From Myxococcota bacterium (GTDB taxonomy: Bacteria; Myxococcota_A; UBA9160; UBA6930): 64,000 bases of DNA. The translations under genes and the position numbers were made by a program. How positions within the stretch are numbered: position 1 is the stretch's first letter; each line of letters opens with the position of its first letter. The DNA lies in the NCBI GenBank assembly GCA_965223705.1, contig OZ245015.1, positions 768,001 through 832,000 on the forward strand, given 5' to 3'. Shown here piece by piece: positions 1-8,978 of this stretch. Under the pieces are notes generated by a model that was not told where the DNA came from, made no database searches, and saw only the letters and a list, made by a program, of their open reading frames with translations.

Positions 1-744
1 ATCCACGAGCTCCAGCGCTGCCTGTATGCGCAGGATCGGTACGCCGTGTTGCTGGTTTTTCAGGCGATGGACGCCGCCGGGAAGGACAGCACCATCCGGG
101 CGGTGATGACCGGAATCAACCCGGCCGGATGTCAGGTCTTTTCCTTCAAGAAACCGTCGACGCTCGAGCTCGACCACGATTTCCTCTGGCGCAGTGCGCG
201 CCGTCTTCCCGAACGCGGTCGAATCGGCGTGTTCAACCGCAGCTACTACGAAGAGATCCTCGTCGTCCGGGTTCATCCCGAGCTCTTGCATCACCAGCGG
301 ATCCCCAACGGCGAACCGACTCCCGAATTCTGGGAGGAGCGCATCCAGTCGATCCGCGAACACGAAGCCCACCTCGCGCGCAATGGCACCGTGATCCTGA
401 AGTTCTGGCTCAACGTCTCGCAGCGCGAGCAGAAGCGGCGTTTCCTCGACCGGCTCGAGCATCCGCGGAAGCACTGGAAGTTCTCCTCCGCCGACATCGA
501 GGAGAGCCGGCACTGGTCGGCATACATGGCTGCTTATCAGGAGGCGCTTCGCGGCACGTCTCGTCCCTGGGCGCCGTGGTACGCGATCCCTGCGGACCAC
601 AAGCCTTCGATGCGTATCGAGGTCGCCCGGCTGGTCGCCGACGCTCTCTCCTCACTCGATCTCGCTTACCCCAAACCTCCGCCGCGAGAACGTCAGCGCT
701 TCGACGAGTTCCGGAAGCAGCTGCGTGGAGAGCTCGAGTTGTGA
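1..744 (+). CDS. ppk2: Polyphosphate kinase 2 (PPK2) family protein, 5'-truncated by the window edge
   Basis: Walker A-like AMDAAGKDS, HDFLWR, FNRSYYE and WKFS motifs; frame open from base 1. Confidence 0.92.
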   Translation: MHELQRCLYAQDRYAVLLVFQAMDAAGKDSTIRAVMTGINPAGCQVFSFKKPSTLELDHDFLWRSARRLPERGRIGVFNRSYYEEILVVRVHPELLHHQRIPNGEPTPEFWEERIQSIREHEAHLARNGTVILKFWLNVSQREQKRRFLDRLEHPRKHWKFSSADIEESRHWSAYMAAYQEALRGTSRPWAPWYAIPADHKPSMRIEVARLVADALSSLDLAYPKPPPRERQRFDEFRKQLRGELEL

Positions 745-1355
745 GCGCGGAGAGACGGCTCGGCGCGCAGTTGGCGTTTATCGAAGAAATCGATCGATTG
801 AAGAACATCGAGCGACGCTCGAGGCTCTTCGACGGCTCTCGACGCGAAAACTCCGCCGAACACAGTTGGCACGTCGCGATCGCGGCGCTGGTACTGGCCG
901 AACACGCGGACGAGAAAATCGACGTCTCGCGAGTCGTTGCGATGCTGCTGCTCCACGATCTCGTGGAGATCGACGCGGGTGACACTTTTCTCTACGACGA
1001 AACCGCGGCGGCCGAGAAGACCGAACGGGAGTCGCGTGCGGCCGCACGCCTGTTCGGTTTGCTGCCCGATGAACAGGGGCGCCACTTCGCGGCGCTCTGG
1101 TGCGAATTCGAAGACGGGAAGACCCGCGAGGCGCGCTTTGCGGCGGCGATCGATCGCGTACTTCCCGTGCTCCACAACACCCATCACCGCGGGGCCCTCT
1201 GGAGGGAGCACGGCGTTTCGCAAGCGCGGGTCGTCGCGAAGAACCGCGGGATCGGTCGGGCCGCCCCGCGGTTGTGGACGGCGATCCATCGCCGGATCCG
1301 GGAGGTTTTTCCACCGACCGAAGACGACGTTGCGCCCGGGCGATCTTCCACATAG
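741..1355 (+). CDS. HD-domain phosphohydrolase (YfbR/HDDC2-like 5'-deoxynucleotidase family)
   Basis: ENSAEHSWH and LLHDLVEIDAGD motifs; GTG start overlaps the ppk2 stop (GTGA). Confidence 0.85.
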   Translation: MSAERRLGAQLAFIEEIDRLKNIERRSRLFDGSRRENSAEHSWHVAIAALVLAEHADEKIDVSRVVAMLLLHDLVEIDAGDTFLYDETAAAEKTERESRAAARLFGLLPDEQGRHFAALWCEFEDGKTREARFAAAIDRVLPVLHNTHHRGALWREHGVSQARVVAKNRGIGRAAPRLWTAIHRRIREVFPPTEDDVAPGRSST

Positions 1356-1378
1356 GGTATTTCTCCCGAAAGGACGCC

Positions 1379-2689
1379 ATGACGACCCCCAACCCGATCT
1401 CTACAGCCGAAACCACGCCGCGCGACCTCATCGGCCCACATCGGACCGCCGACGCCATTCTCGAGGCGTCTCGATCGGTACGGGGGCAAACGGGGCGACT
1501 TGCCGAACCTCTGACCGCCGAGGATTGCTCGATTCAATCGATGCCCGACGCGAGCCCGACAAAGTGGCACTTGGCCCACACGTCATGGTTCTTTGAGACG
1601 TTTGTCCTCGAGGAGTATCTCGCGGACTACGCGTGTTTCGATGCGTCTTACCGGTACTTGTTCAACTCGTACTACAACAGCGTGGGAGATCAGTACCCGC
1701 GACCCGAGCGAGGCCTTCTCTCGCGGCCCGGCCTCGACGAGATCGAACGCTACCGGAGTCACGTCGACGAAGGACTCGAGCGCTGTCTCAACGAAGTGGA
1801 TCACGCCGATCGAGAGCGGGTGATGACGTTGATCGAGATCGGGCTCCATCACGAGCAGCAACATCAAGAGCTGATCTTGACGGACGTGAAGCACATGTTG
1901 TCGCACCATCCGGAGGCGGGGATCTACAAGCGCCGCGAATCGGCGTCGGACGCGACCTCTCGACCTCTGCGGTGGGTTCCTTTCTCGGGTGGGCGCGCCA
2001 GGTTCGGGCACGACGGTGAGGGCTTCTTCTTCGACAACGAGACGCCCGAGCACGATCAGCTCGTTCACCCGTTTGAGCTGGGATCGCGCCCGGTGACGAA
2101 CGGAGATTTTCTCGCGTTTATCGAAGACGGCGGTTATCGCACGCCGACGTTGTGGCTGTCCGAGGGCTTCGCCTGGGTGCAGGAGTGCGGGATCGAGCGC
2201 CCGCTCTACTGGCTTGGAGACGGCGAGGAACCGACACACTACACCCTCGCCGGAATCACCGCGCTCGAGCCAAACGAGCCGGTCACGCACGTCAGCTACT
2301 ACGAGGCGGACGCGTTCGCGCGCTGGGCCGGGGCACGGCTCCCTACGGAATTCGAGTGGGAATACGCGGCGGGAGATGTCGCGATGGACGGCAACTTTCT
2401 CGAAACAGACCGATTCCATCCGGATGTCGGCCAAACGGATGGGCGCTTGGACCAGCTCTACGGCGACGTCTGGGAGTGGACGCAGAGTCCCTATGTCGCG
2501 TACCCGGGGTACCGCCCGCCGTCCGGCGCTCTCGGCGAGTACAACGGCAAGTTCATGTGTAACCAGTGGGTGCTTCGCGGGGGGTCTTGTGCGACACCTC
2601 GGTCGCACATTCGCAAGACGTACCGGAATTTCTTTCCTGCCGACGCGCGCTGGCAGTTCTCGGGGATTCGCCTCGCCCGGGACGGCTAG
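1379..2689 (+). CDS. egtB: Ergothioneine biosynthesis sulfoxide synthase EgtB
   Basis: QSMPDASPTKWHLAHT, HHEQQHQELILTD, EYNGKFM and RWQFSGIRLA; DinB plus FGE-sulfatase architecture; AAGGA SD before ATG. Confidence 0.92.
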   Translation: MTTPNPISTAETTPRDLIGPHRTADAILEASRSVRGQTGRLAEPLTAEDCSIQSMPDASPTKWHLAHTSWFFETFVLEEYLADYACFDASYRYLFNSYYNSVGDQYPRPERGLLSRPGLDEIERYRSHVDEGLERCLNEVDHADRERVMTLIEIGLHHEQQHQELILTDVKHMLSHHPEAGIYKRRESASDATSRPLRWVPFSGGRARFGHDGEGFFFDNETPEHDQLVHPFELGSRPVTNGDFLAFIEDGGYRTPTLWLSEGFAWVQECGIERPLYWLGDGEEPTHYTLAGITALEPNEPVTHVSYYEADAFARWAGARLPTEFEWEYAAGDVAMDGNFLETDRFHPDVGQTDGRLDQLYGDVWEWTQSPYVAYPGYRPPSGALGEYNGKFMCNQWVLRGGSCATPRSHIRKTYRNFFPADARWQFSGIRLARDG

Positions 2690-4065
2690 GCCGGCGCGTT
2701 CCGGAGGAGAATTCCCTCGCGCAACCCCCAGTCGCTGACTGCGATCTCCCGCAGGTCGAGTTCCTCGCAGAGCGTCGCGAGGATGATGCAACCCGCGGGC
2801 AGCAGATCCGCGCGCCGGCGTTGAACCCCCGGTAGCTCCCGCCGCTTCGCTTTCGGTACGGCGAGCAACTCGTCGCGGATCTCGCGCAGCTCGGCGAGAT
2901 CGAGCCGTAGCTCCGCCAACGCCTTCTTCTTGCCTTCGCGGCGGGTGAGCGCGCGACGGCCGAGAGCTCGGATGGTCCCTCCGGTGGCGACGGCGTGGTA
3001 CGGCTCCGAGCTGCGGATTCGCAGCGACGCTTCCCGCAGTTCTTCGCGAACGCGATCGGCGACACGCAGGGCCTCGACGGCCGTCGGGGGATCGCTGTGG
3101 ATGAGCTCCCGGCCGAGCCGCGCCACACCGAGCCGGAGCGTCGTTTCCCATTCGAGTTCGGTCGCGTCGCCGAGGCCGAGTTCGAGGCTGCCGCCGCCGA
3201 GGTCTACGGCCAGCGAACGCCCCGGTCCGAGCGCGCCTCGCGCGGCCAACGCTTCGAACGTGATGCGGGCTTCGTCGTTGCCCGACAAGACATCGACGGG
3301 GCTGCCCAGCGCTTTGCCGATCTTCTTGGCGACCGCCATGCCGTTTTCCGCGTCGCGAACCGCAGACGTAGCGATCGGCAGCAAGACCTCGGCGCCGGCT
3401 CTTCGAGCCGCGTTTCCGAGGAAGTTCGCGGCGCGAACGACCCGTTTGATCACGGGATCCGGGATGCGACCGTCGCTCACAATCGCCGAGCCCAGACGCA
3501 ACATGATCCGTTCTCGATCGACGGGCACCAACCCGCCGCGATTGTCGACGTCGGCGACGAGCAGATGGAAGGACGTACTTCCCAGGTCCAGTACGGCGAG
3601 CCGCTTCTTCCTCCGAACCGGAGCGGGGATGGCCCGCTCGTAGCGCGCCCGGCTCGGCGGCGTGCCCTCGATACGCCACACACCGGCTGTGTCACAGCGC
3701 AAATCGCTTTCGATCCGGAGGCCGTCTTCCTCGAGTTCTCGAAGCGCGCCCGGGATGAGGTCCCCGTGGCTGCACAGCACATAGTGACCGGCTCCGAGCT
3801 CTCGCATCATTTCGACCAGTTTGCCGACCGATTCGCCCTCGCGGAGTCGGTCGTCGACCTCGAGAGCGATGTCGTGGTGACGACACAGCGGCGCCAAGGT
3901 TTCGAGACAGCGGCGCACGGGGCTCGAGATCACGCGATCGAGGGAGGCGTCGCCGAGCATGTCGACCAGGGCCTCTGCCTGTCGCTCGCCTTCGTCCGAT
4001 AGCGACCGCTCGGTGGAGCCGGGCCGCGGCTTTTCCGCCTTGGCGTGCCGGAGCAAGTAGATCAG
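2686..4065 (-). CDS. Fusion of an N-terminal histidine phosphatase (SixA-like) and a C-terminal Ppx/GppA exopolyphosphatase
   Basis: LLRHAKA, SSPVRRCLET and SHG motifs, then LDLGSTSFHL, ATSAVRDA, DLGGGSLEL and GLREG in one frame; probable CTG start. Confidence 0.85.
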   Translation of the reverse strand: MIYLLRHAKAEKPRPGSTERSLSDEGERQAEALVDMLGDASLDRVISSPVRRCLETLAPLCRHHDIALEVDDRLREGESVGKLVEMMRELGAGHYVLCSHGDLIPGALRELEEDGLRIESDLRCDTAGVWRIEGTPPSRARYERAIPAPVRRKKRLAVLDLGSTSFHLLVADVDNRGGLVPVDRERIMLRLGSAIVSDGRIPDPVIKRVVRAANFLGNAARRAGAEVLLPIATSAVRDAENGMAVAKKIGKALGSPVDVLSGNDEARITFEALAARGALGPGRSLAVDLGGGSLELGLGDATELEWETTLRLGVARLGRELIHSDPPTAVEALRVADRVREELREASLRIRSSEPYHAVATGGTIRALGRRALTRREGKKKALAELRLDLAELREIRDELLAVPKAKRRELPGVQRRRADLLPAGCIILATLCEELDLREIAVSDWGLREGILLRNAPA

Positions 4066-4103
4066 GACCGAACCCCCCGCGACCAGATTAACAGGTGCAC
4101 CAC

Positions 4104-6206
4104 TTATAACGAGGCGCGATCCAGCGCATCTTTCTGCAGTCGATCTTGGGGGTGCCAGACTCCGGGGCTGCGCTCCCAGCTGCCGTCCGCGCACAGCGTC
4201 CAACAGCGTGCGTCGGGATGGAGATGGGCCTCGAGGATGTCGTCGAGACGCTTCGCGAGTTCGGCATCCTCGACGGTGACGAGCGCTTCGACGCGACGAT
4301 CGAGGTTGCGTGGCATCAGGTCCGCAGAACCCATGGCGTGGCGTCGCCGACTCTGTTCGCCTCCGAAGCGATAGATCCTCGAGTGTTCGAGGAAAGATCC
4401 GACGACCGAGCGCACGCGAATGTTCTCGGAAAGCCCCGGCACCTCGGGCCGCAAGCAGCAAACACTTCGGACGATCAGGTCGACGCGGACGCCCGCGCGC
4501 GAGGCGGCGTAGAGCGCGGCGATGATCTCGGGATCCGACAGGTTGTTGACCTTGATGGCGATCTCGCCCTTTGATCCGGCGTCGGTCTCCTGGCGGATTT
4601 GATCCAACAGATAACTGCGCAACTGAGACGGTGCGACACGCAGTCTGCGGAACACCGAGGGTTGACCAAACCCCGTCAGTTGATTGAAGAGCTGTGAGAG
4701 GTCGGCGCCTAGATCGGGGTCGGCGGAGAAGAACCCCAAATCTTCGTAGAGGCTTGCGGTATCCGGATTGTAGTTCCCGGTGCCCACGTGGCAGTAGCGC
4801 CGGATGCCGTCCTCTTCTTCGCGCACCACGAGCAGCGTCTTCGCGTGGGTCTTCAACCCGACCATGCCGTACACGACGTGAACGCCCGCCTCTTCCAAGG
4901 TTTGGGCCCACTCGATGTTGGCTTCCTCGTCAAAGCGCGCGGTCAGCTCGACGACCGTCGCGACCTGCTTGCCCTCGCGGGCCGCACGCGCGAGATGATG
5001 TACGAACGGATTCTCCGCACCGGCCGTGCGGTACAGGGTGTGCTTGATCGCGAGAACTTGGGGGTCGTCCGCCGCCTGGGCGAGAAAAGCCGCGACGGAA
5101 GTCTCGAAACCCTCGTACGGGTGATGGACGAGCACGTCGCCTTCCCGGAGTTTCGCGAAGAAATCGGTCTTGCTCGCGCCGACTTCCGGCCGCAGCGCTT
5201 TCGGCGTGATGGGTCGCCAGGTCGCGTCTTTCAAATCCGGTCGGTCGAGTCGAGACAACGCGCCGAGGCCGGCCAGGTCGAGAGGACCGTGCATCTCGTA
5301 CAAGTCGTCGGCTTCGAGACCCAACTCGTGAGCGAGGAGGTTCCGAATGCGTTCCGACATCCCTTCCTCGATTTCGAGTCGCACCGCGTGGCTCATCCTC
5401 CGGCGCCGCACCAAGCCGGATTCGATCGCTTCCCGAAGGTTGTCGAACTCTCCGTCGGCGATGTCGAGGTCGCCGTCCCGAGTCACGCGGAATGCCGCGC
5501 AGTCCATGATCGCCATCCCCGGAAACAGGGAATCGAGGTGCGCGGCGATGACCTGTTCGAGGGCCACCAGCCTCCCGCCGTCTTCGAGCGAAACGAATCT
5601 CGGCAGAATGTTGGGAACTTTCACCCGCGCAAAACGGGTTTCGGCCCCGTCGGTGCCCGCGAGTTCGACCGCCAGGTTGAGCGAGAGGTTCGAGATGTAG
5701 GGGAAAGGGTGCGCGGGATCGACGGCGAGCGGTGTCAGCACGGGAAAGAGCTGCTCGCGAAAAACGTGTCGCAACGAGCGGCGGTCGCTCCCGGAAAGCT
5801 CGGACCACTCGACGAAGCGCACGTCGGCCCCGGCAAGCGCCGGGCGCAAGTGTTTCGTGAACAGTTCTTCTTGGTGGGTGACGAGCTCAAGGGTTCGCGA
5901 GCGGATTCGCCGCAACAACTCGGCCGGCGGCAATTCCCCGCCGGTCGGCTCGATGCCGGCCGCGATCTCGTCCTTCAGGCCGGCGACACGGATCTGGAAA
6001 AATTCGTCCAGATTCCGGCTGAAAATCGCCATGAACTTCGTGCGTTCGAGAAGCGGGCGCGTCTCGTCCTCGGCTTCCGCGAGGACGCGCGCGTTCCAAT
6101 CGAGCCACGACAGCTCGCGAGCGAACCGTCGCCCGCTCGCACTGTGCACGTGAGCGCTATCGATGCGCGCGTCCGGAACCGCGCTAGATATCGGCGAAGA
6201 AGTCAT
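4104..6206 (-). CDS. ppk1: Polyphosphate kinase 1
   Basis: [39 protein letters not shown] and [14 protein letters not shown]; start is ATG 6206 or GTG 6149. Confidence 0.95.
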   Translation of the reverse strand: MTSSPISSAVPDARIDSAHVHSASGRRFARELSWLDWNARVLAEAEDETRPLLERTKFMAIFSRNLDEFFQIRVAGLKDEIAAGIEPTGGELPPAELLRRIRSRTLELVTHQEELFTKHLRPALAGADVRFVEWSELSGSDRRSLRHVFREQLFPVLTPLAVDPAHPFPYISNLSLNLAVELAGTDGAETRFARVKVPNILPRFVSLEDGGRLVALEQVIAAHLDSLFPGMAIMDCAAFRVTRDGDLDIADGEFDNLREAIESGLVRRRRMSHAVRLEIEEGMSERIRNLLAHELGLEADDLYEMHGPLDLAGLGALSRLDRPDLKDATWRPITPKALRPEVGASKTDFFAKLREGDVLVHHPYEGFETSVAAFLAQAADDPQVLAIKHTLYRTAGAENPFVHHLARAAREGKQVATVVELTARFDEEANIEWAQTLEEAGVHVVYGMVGLKTHAKTLLVVREEEDGIRRYCHVGTGNYNPDTASLYEDLGFFSADPDLGADLSQLFNQLTGFGQPSVFRRLRVAPSQLRSYLLDQIRQETDAGSKGEIAIKVNNLSDPEIIAALYAASRAGVRVDLIVRSVCCLRPEVPGLSENIRVRSVVGSFLEHSRIYRFGGEQSRRRHAMGSADLMPRNLDRRVEALVTVEDAELAKRLDDILEAHLHPDARCWTLCADGSWERSPGVWHPQDRLQKDALDRASL

Positions 6207-7794
6207 TGCCCTTGTCGTCCACCACGATAAACGCCGGGAAGTTCTCGACTTCGATCTTCCAGATCGCCTCCATCCCGAGCTCCGGGTATTCGAGAACATC
6301 GACTTTGCGAATGCAGTTCTTTGCGAGGATGGCCGCCGGTCCGCCGATGGAGCCCAAGTAGAAGCCGCCGTACTTGTGGCACGCGTCGGTGACCGCCTTC
6401 GACCGGTTGCCCTTCGCGAGAGTGACGAGGCTCGCTCCTTCGGATTGCAGCAACTCGACGTAAGAGTCCATGCGGCCCGCCGTCGTCGGGCCGAACGAAC
6501 CCGAAGCGAAGCCCTCCGGAGTCTTTGCCGGCCCCGCGTAGTAGATCGGGTGCTCGCGGACGTAGTCCGGCAGCCCCTCGCCGCGATCCAACCGCTCTTT
6601 CAGTTTCGCGTGCGCGATATCGCGCGCGACGATCATGGGCCCGGACAGGGACAACCGTGTCCGGATCGGGTACTGCGACAACGTCGCACGGACCTCGCTC
6701 ATCGGCCGGGTCAAGTCGATGTCGATCACCTCGCCGTCGAGTGACGCGGGATCGATTTCCGGAAGAAAGCGCGCGGGGTTGGTCTCGAGTTGCTCGAGGA
6801 AAACGCCCTCGGCGTTGATCTTCGCGAGGATCTGTCGATCGGCGGAACACGACACGCCAATCCCGACCGGACACGACGCGCCGTGACGCGGCAGGCGCAC
6901 GACCCGCACGTCGTGGCAGAAGTACTTGCCCCCGAACTGTGCACCGATCCCGGTCCGCTGGGTGAGTTGGTGCACCCTGTCTTCGAGCTCGAGGTCGCGG
7001 AACGCGCGCCCCTGCTCGTTGCCCGACGTCGGCAGTCCGTCGAGATACCGGGTGCTCGCGAGCTTCACGGTCTTCAAGTTCGCTTCGGCCGATGTCCCGC
7101 CGATCGCGATGGCCAGGTGGTAGGGCGGGCAGGCCGCCGTCCCCAACGTTCGAATTTTCTCGTCGAGAAACGCCAGGAGGGTGTCCGGCGACAACACGGC
7201 GCGGGTCTGCTGGTAGAGAAACGTCTTGTTCGCCGATCCGCCGCCCTTCGTGATGAACAGCAGCTCGTACTCATCTCCTGATTCCGCGTAGAGTTCGATC
7301 TGGGCCGGCAGGTTCGTGCCCGTGTTCTTCTCTTCGTACATCGAGAGGGGAGCCATCTGCGAGTAGCGGAGGTTCGTCTCGGTGTACGTGCGATGGATAC
7401 CCCGCGAGAGCGATTCGGCGTCGTCGCCTTCGGTCATGACGTTCTGACCCTTGTGTCCGATGACGATCGCCGTGCCCGTGTCCTGGCAGGAGGGCAGGAT
7501 CATGCCCGCCGAGATGTTCGCGTTCTTCAGCATCTCGAGCGCGACGAATCGATCGTTGTCCGACGCTTCAGGGTCTCCGAGGATTTTCTCGAGCTGCGCC
7601 AGGTGTCCGGGGCGGAACAAGTGGGAGACGTCTCGAATCGCTTCAGCCGCGAGGTTCGTCAGAACCTCACCCGGTACCCGGAGGATGCGCTGGCCTTCGA
7701 AGGACACCGTCTCGATTCCCTCGCTGTCGAGCTTCCGAAACGGAGTTTCGCTCGGGTGGGATTCGAAGATCGGCTGGAACTGAAACTCGCTCAT
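6184..7794 (-). CDS. fumA: Class I (Fe-S) fumarate hydratase
   Basis: [31 protein letters not shown] and GPTTAGRMD motifs. Confidence 0.93.
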   Translation of the reverse strand: MSEFQFQPIFESHPSETPFRKLDSEGIETVSFEGQRILRVPGEVLTNLAAEAIRDVSHLFRPGHLAQLEKILGDPEASDNDRFVALEMLKNANISAGMILPSCQDTGTAIVIGHKGQNVMTEGDDAESLSRGIHRTYTETNLRYSQMAPLSMYEEKNTGTNLPAQIELYAESGDEYELLFITKGGGSANKTFLYQQTRAVLSPDTLLAFLDEKIRTLGTAACPPYHLAIAIGGTSAEANLKTVKLASTRYLDGLPTSGNEQGRAFRDLELEDRVHQLTQRTGIGAQFGGKYFCHDVRVVRLPRHGASCPVGIGVSCSADRQILAKINAEGVFLEQLETNPARFLPEIDPASLDGEVIDIDLTRPMSEVRATLSQYPIRTRLSLSGPMIVARDIAHAKLKERLDRGEGLPDYVREHPIYYAGPAKTPEGFASGSFGPTTAGRMDSYVELLQSEGASLVTLAKGNRSKAVTDACHKYGGFYLGSIGGPAAILAKNCIRKVDVLEYPELGMEAIWKIEVENFPAFIVVDDKGNDFFADI

Positions 7795-7849
7795 GCTTTC
7801 CTCTATCGGCGGGACGCGGGCGGTCCCGGGGCCTCTCAAGTTAACCCGG

Positions 7850-8329
7850 TTACCCCCGGATCTTCCTCACTAGAGCCGTGGTCCGGTAGCCCGGGATCAC
7901 TCGCAAGCGGTGGATTTCGAGTTCCAGACCCGCGGGGATGTCTCGCTCCCGAAGCTCTCGAAGCGACCAGTCGCCGCCTTTCGCGTAGACGTCGGGACGG
8001 AGCTCCCCGAGCAGCGCTCGCGGTGTTTCTTCGCCGAACAGGGTGACCCAATCGACGCAGGACAACGCAGCGAGCATTTCCGCGCGCTGCCGTTCGCCGA
8101 GGATCGGCCGGTCCGGGCCCTTCTGTCGCCGAACCGTGGCATCCCGGTTGACCCCGACGATCAGCCGGTCCCCTAGGGAACGAGCCTCTTCCAGGGAGCG
8201 GACATGTCCCGGGTGCAGGAGGTCGAAACAACCGCTTGCGAGCACGACCCGCTCACCTCGCCGGCGGGCGCGCCGCACCCGCAGCGCCGCTTGCTTGCGG
8301 GTCAGGATCGCATCACGTGCTCGTTTCAC
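7850..8329 (-). CDS. RfaE/HldE domain II-type ADP-heptose adenylyltransferase (cytidyltransferase-like)
   Basis: [17 protein letters not shown] and KGGDW motifs. Confidence 0.85.
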   Translation of the reverse strand: MKRARDAILTRKQAALRVRRARRRGERVVLASGCFDLLHPGHVRSLEEARSLGDRLIVGVNRDATVRRQKGPDRPILGERQRAEMLAALSCVDWVTLFGEETPRALLGELRPDVYAKGGDWSLRELRERDIPAGLELEIHRLRVIPGYRTTALVRKIRG

Positions 8330-8553
8330 CGGAACGCCTCCTGCAGACCCCCTTGTACTCGAACTTTCACGGACCCTTCAGAGCCCTGCGTCGATGTGGG
8401 GTATCACCCCGACGACTCTGCCTTTTTGAGTCCTACCGGACCCGCGGAAACCGCCGAAGCGCTCATTTTTCCTAAAGAAATTCACTGGTGGACCGAAACC
8501 CATCCCATGACTCAGAGCCCGGGCTGACCCCTGGGACCGAGGTAGGTCGAGCG

Positions 8554-8823
8554 ATGGCAACGCATCCGAATCGAGTTCGCGAACTCCGCGAGAACCGACT
8601 GATGACCCAAGCCCAACTGGCGCGCAAGGCCAAGGTGGCGCTACGCACGATTCACAGTGTGGAGAAGGGCATGAATTGTCGGATGGACACCAAGCGAAAG
8701 ATCTTGCTGGCTCTCGGCATGCGCTTCGAAGACAAAGATCACGTCTTCCCGCCGCTTCCGCGCCACGAAATCACGCCGCTTCCGACGCCGTCTTCTGACG
8801 GCGGCATGCAGAACCCCCACTAG
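8554..8823 (+). CDS. Small XRE/Cro-family helix-turn-helix regulator
   Basis: NRVRELRENRLMTQAQLARKAKVALRTIHSVEKG HTH pattern; followed by a terminator. Confidence 0.85.
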   Translation: MATHPNRVRELRENRLMTQAQLARKAKVALRTIHSVEKGMNCRMDTKRKILLALGMRFEDKDHVFPPLPRHEITPLPTPSSDGGMQNPH

Positions 8824-8840
8824 GGCCGCCTAGCGGGTTC

Positions 8841-8861
8841 GCGGGCCTCGGCCCGCTTTTT
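8841..8861 (+). terminator. Rho-independent terminator
   Basis: GCGGGCC-TC-GGCCCGC hairpin followed by TTTTT, 17 nt after the HTH stop. Confidence 0.7.
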
Positions 8862-8978
8862 CGTAAGAGCGCATCCGTCGGGTCGCACGATCCGTCTGCC
8901 CCACCCGATCCGGTACTATTCCGCCGTGGCTCCGCCACTTTTTGGGGGCGCGTTCCGATTGAAGACCGTCTGACGCTA

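Noticed and set aside
1379..2689. Possible selenoneine (SenA) or ovothiol (OvoA) synthase
   Set aside because: No senB/selD neighbours and no C-terminal methyltransferase domain; motifs fit EgtB
1583..3679. 698-aa minus-strand ORF
   Set aside because: Shadow frame over egtB and ppx; no domain motifs
8440..8553. c-di-GMP-I riboswitch-like words upstream of the HTH gene
   Set aside because: Only partial resemblance; the conserved GCAAA/GAAA architecture could not be matched by eye
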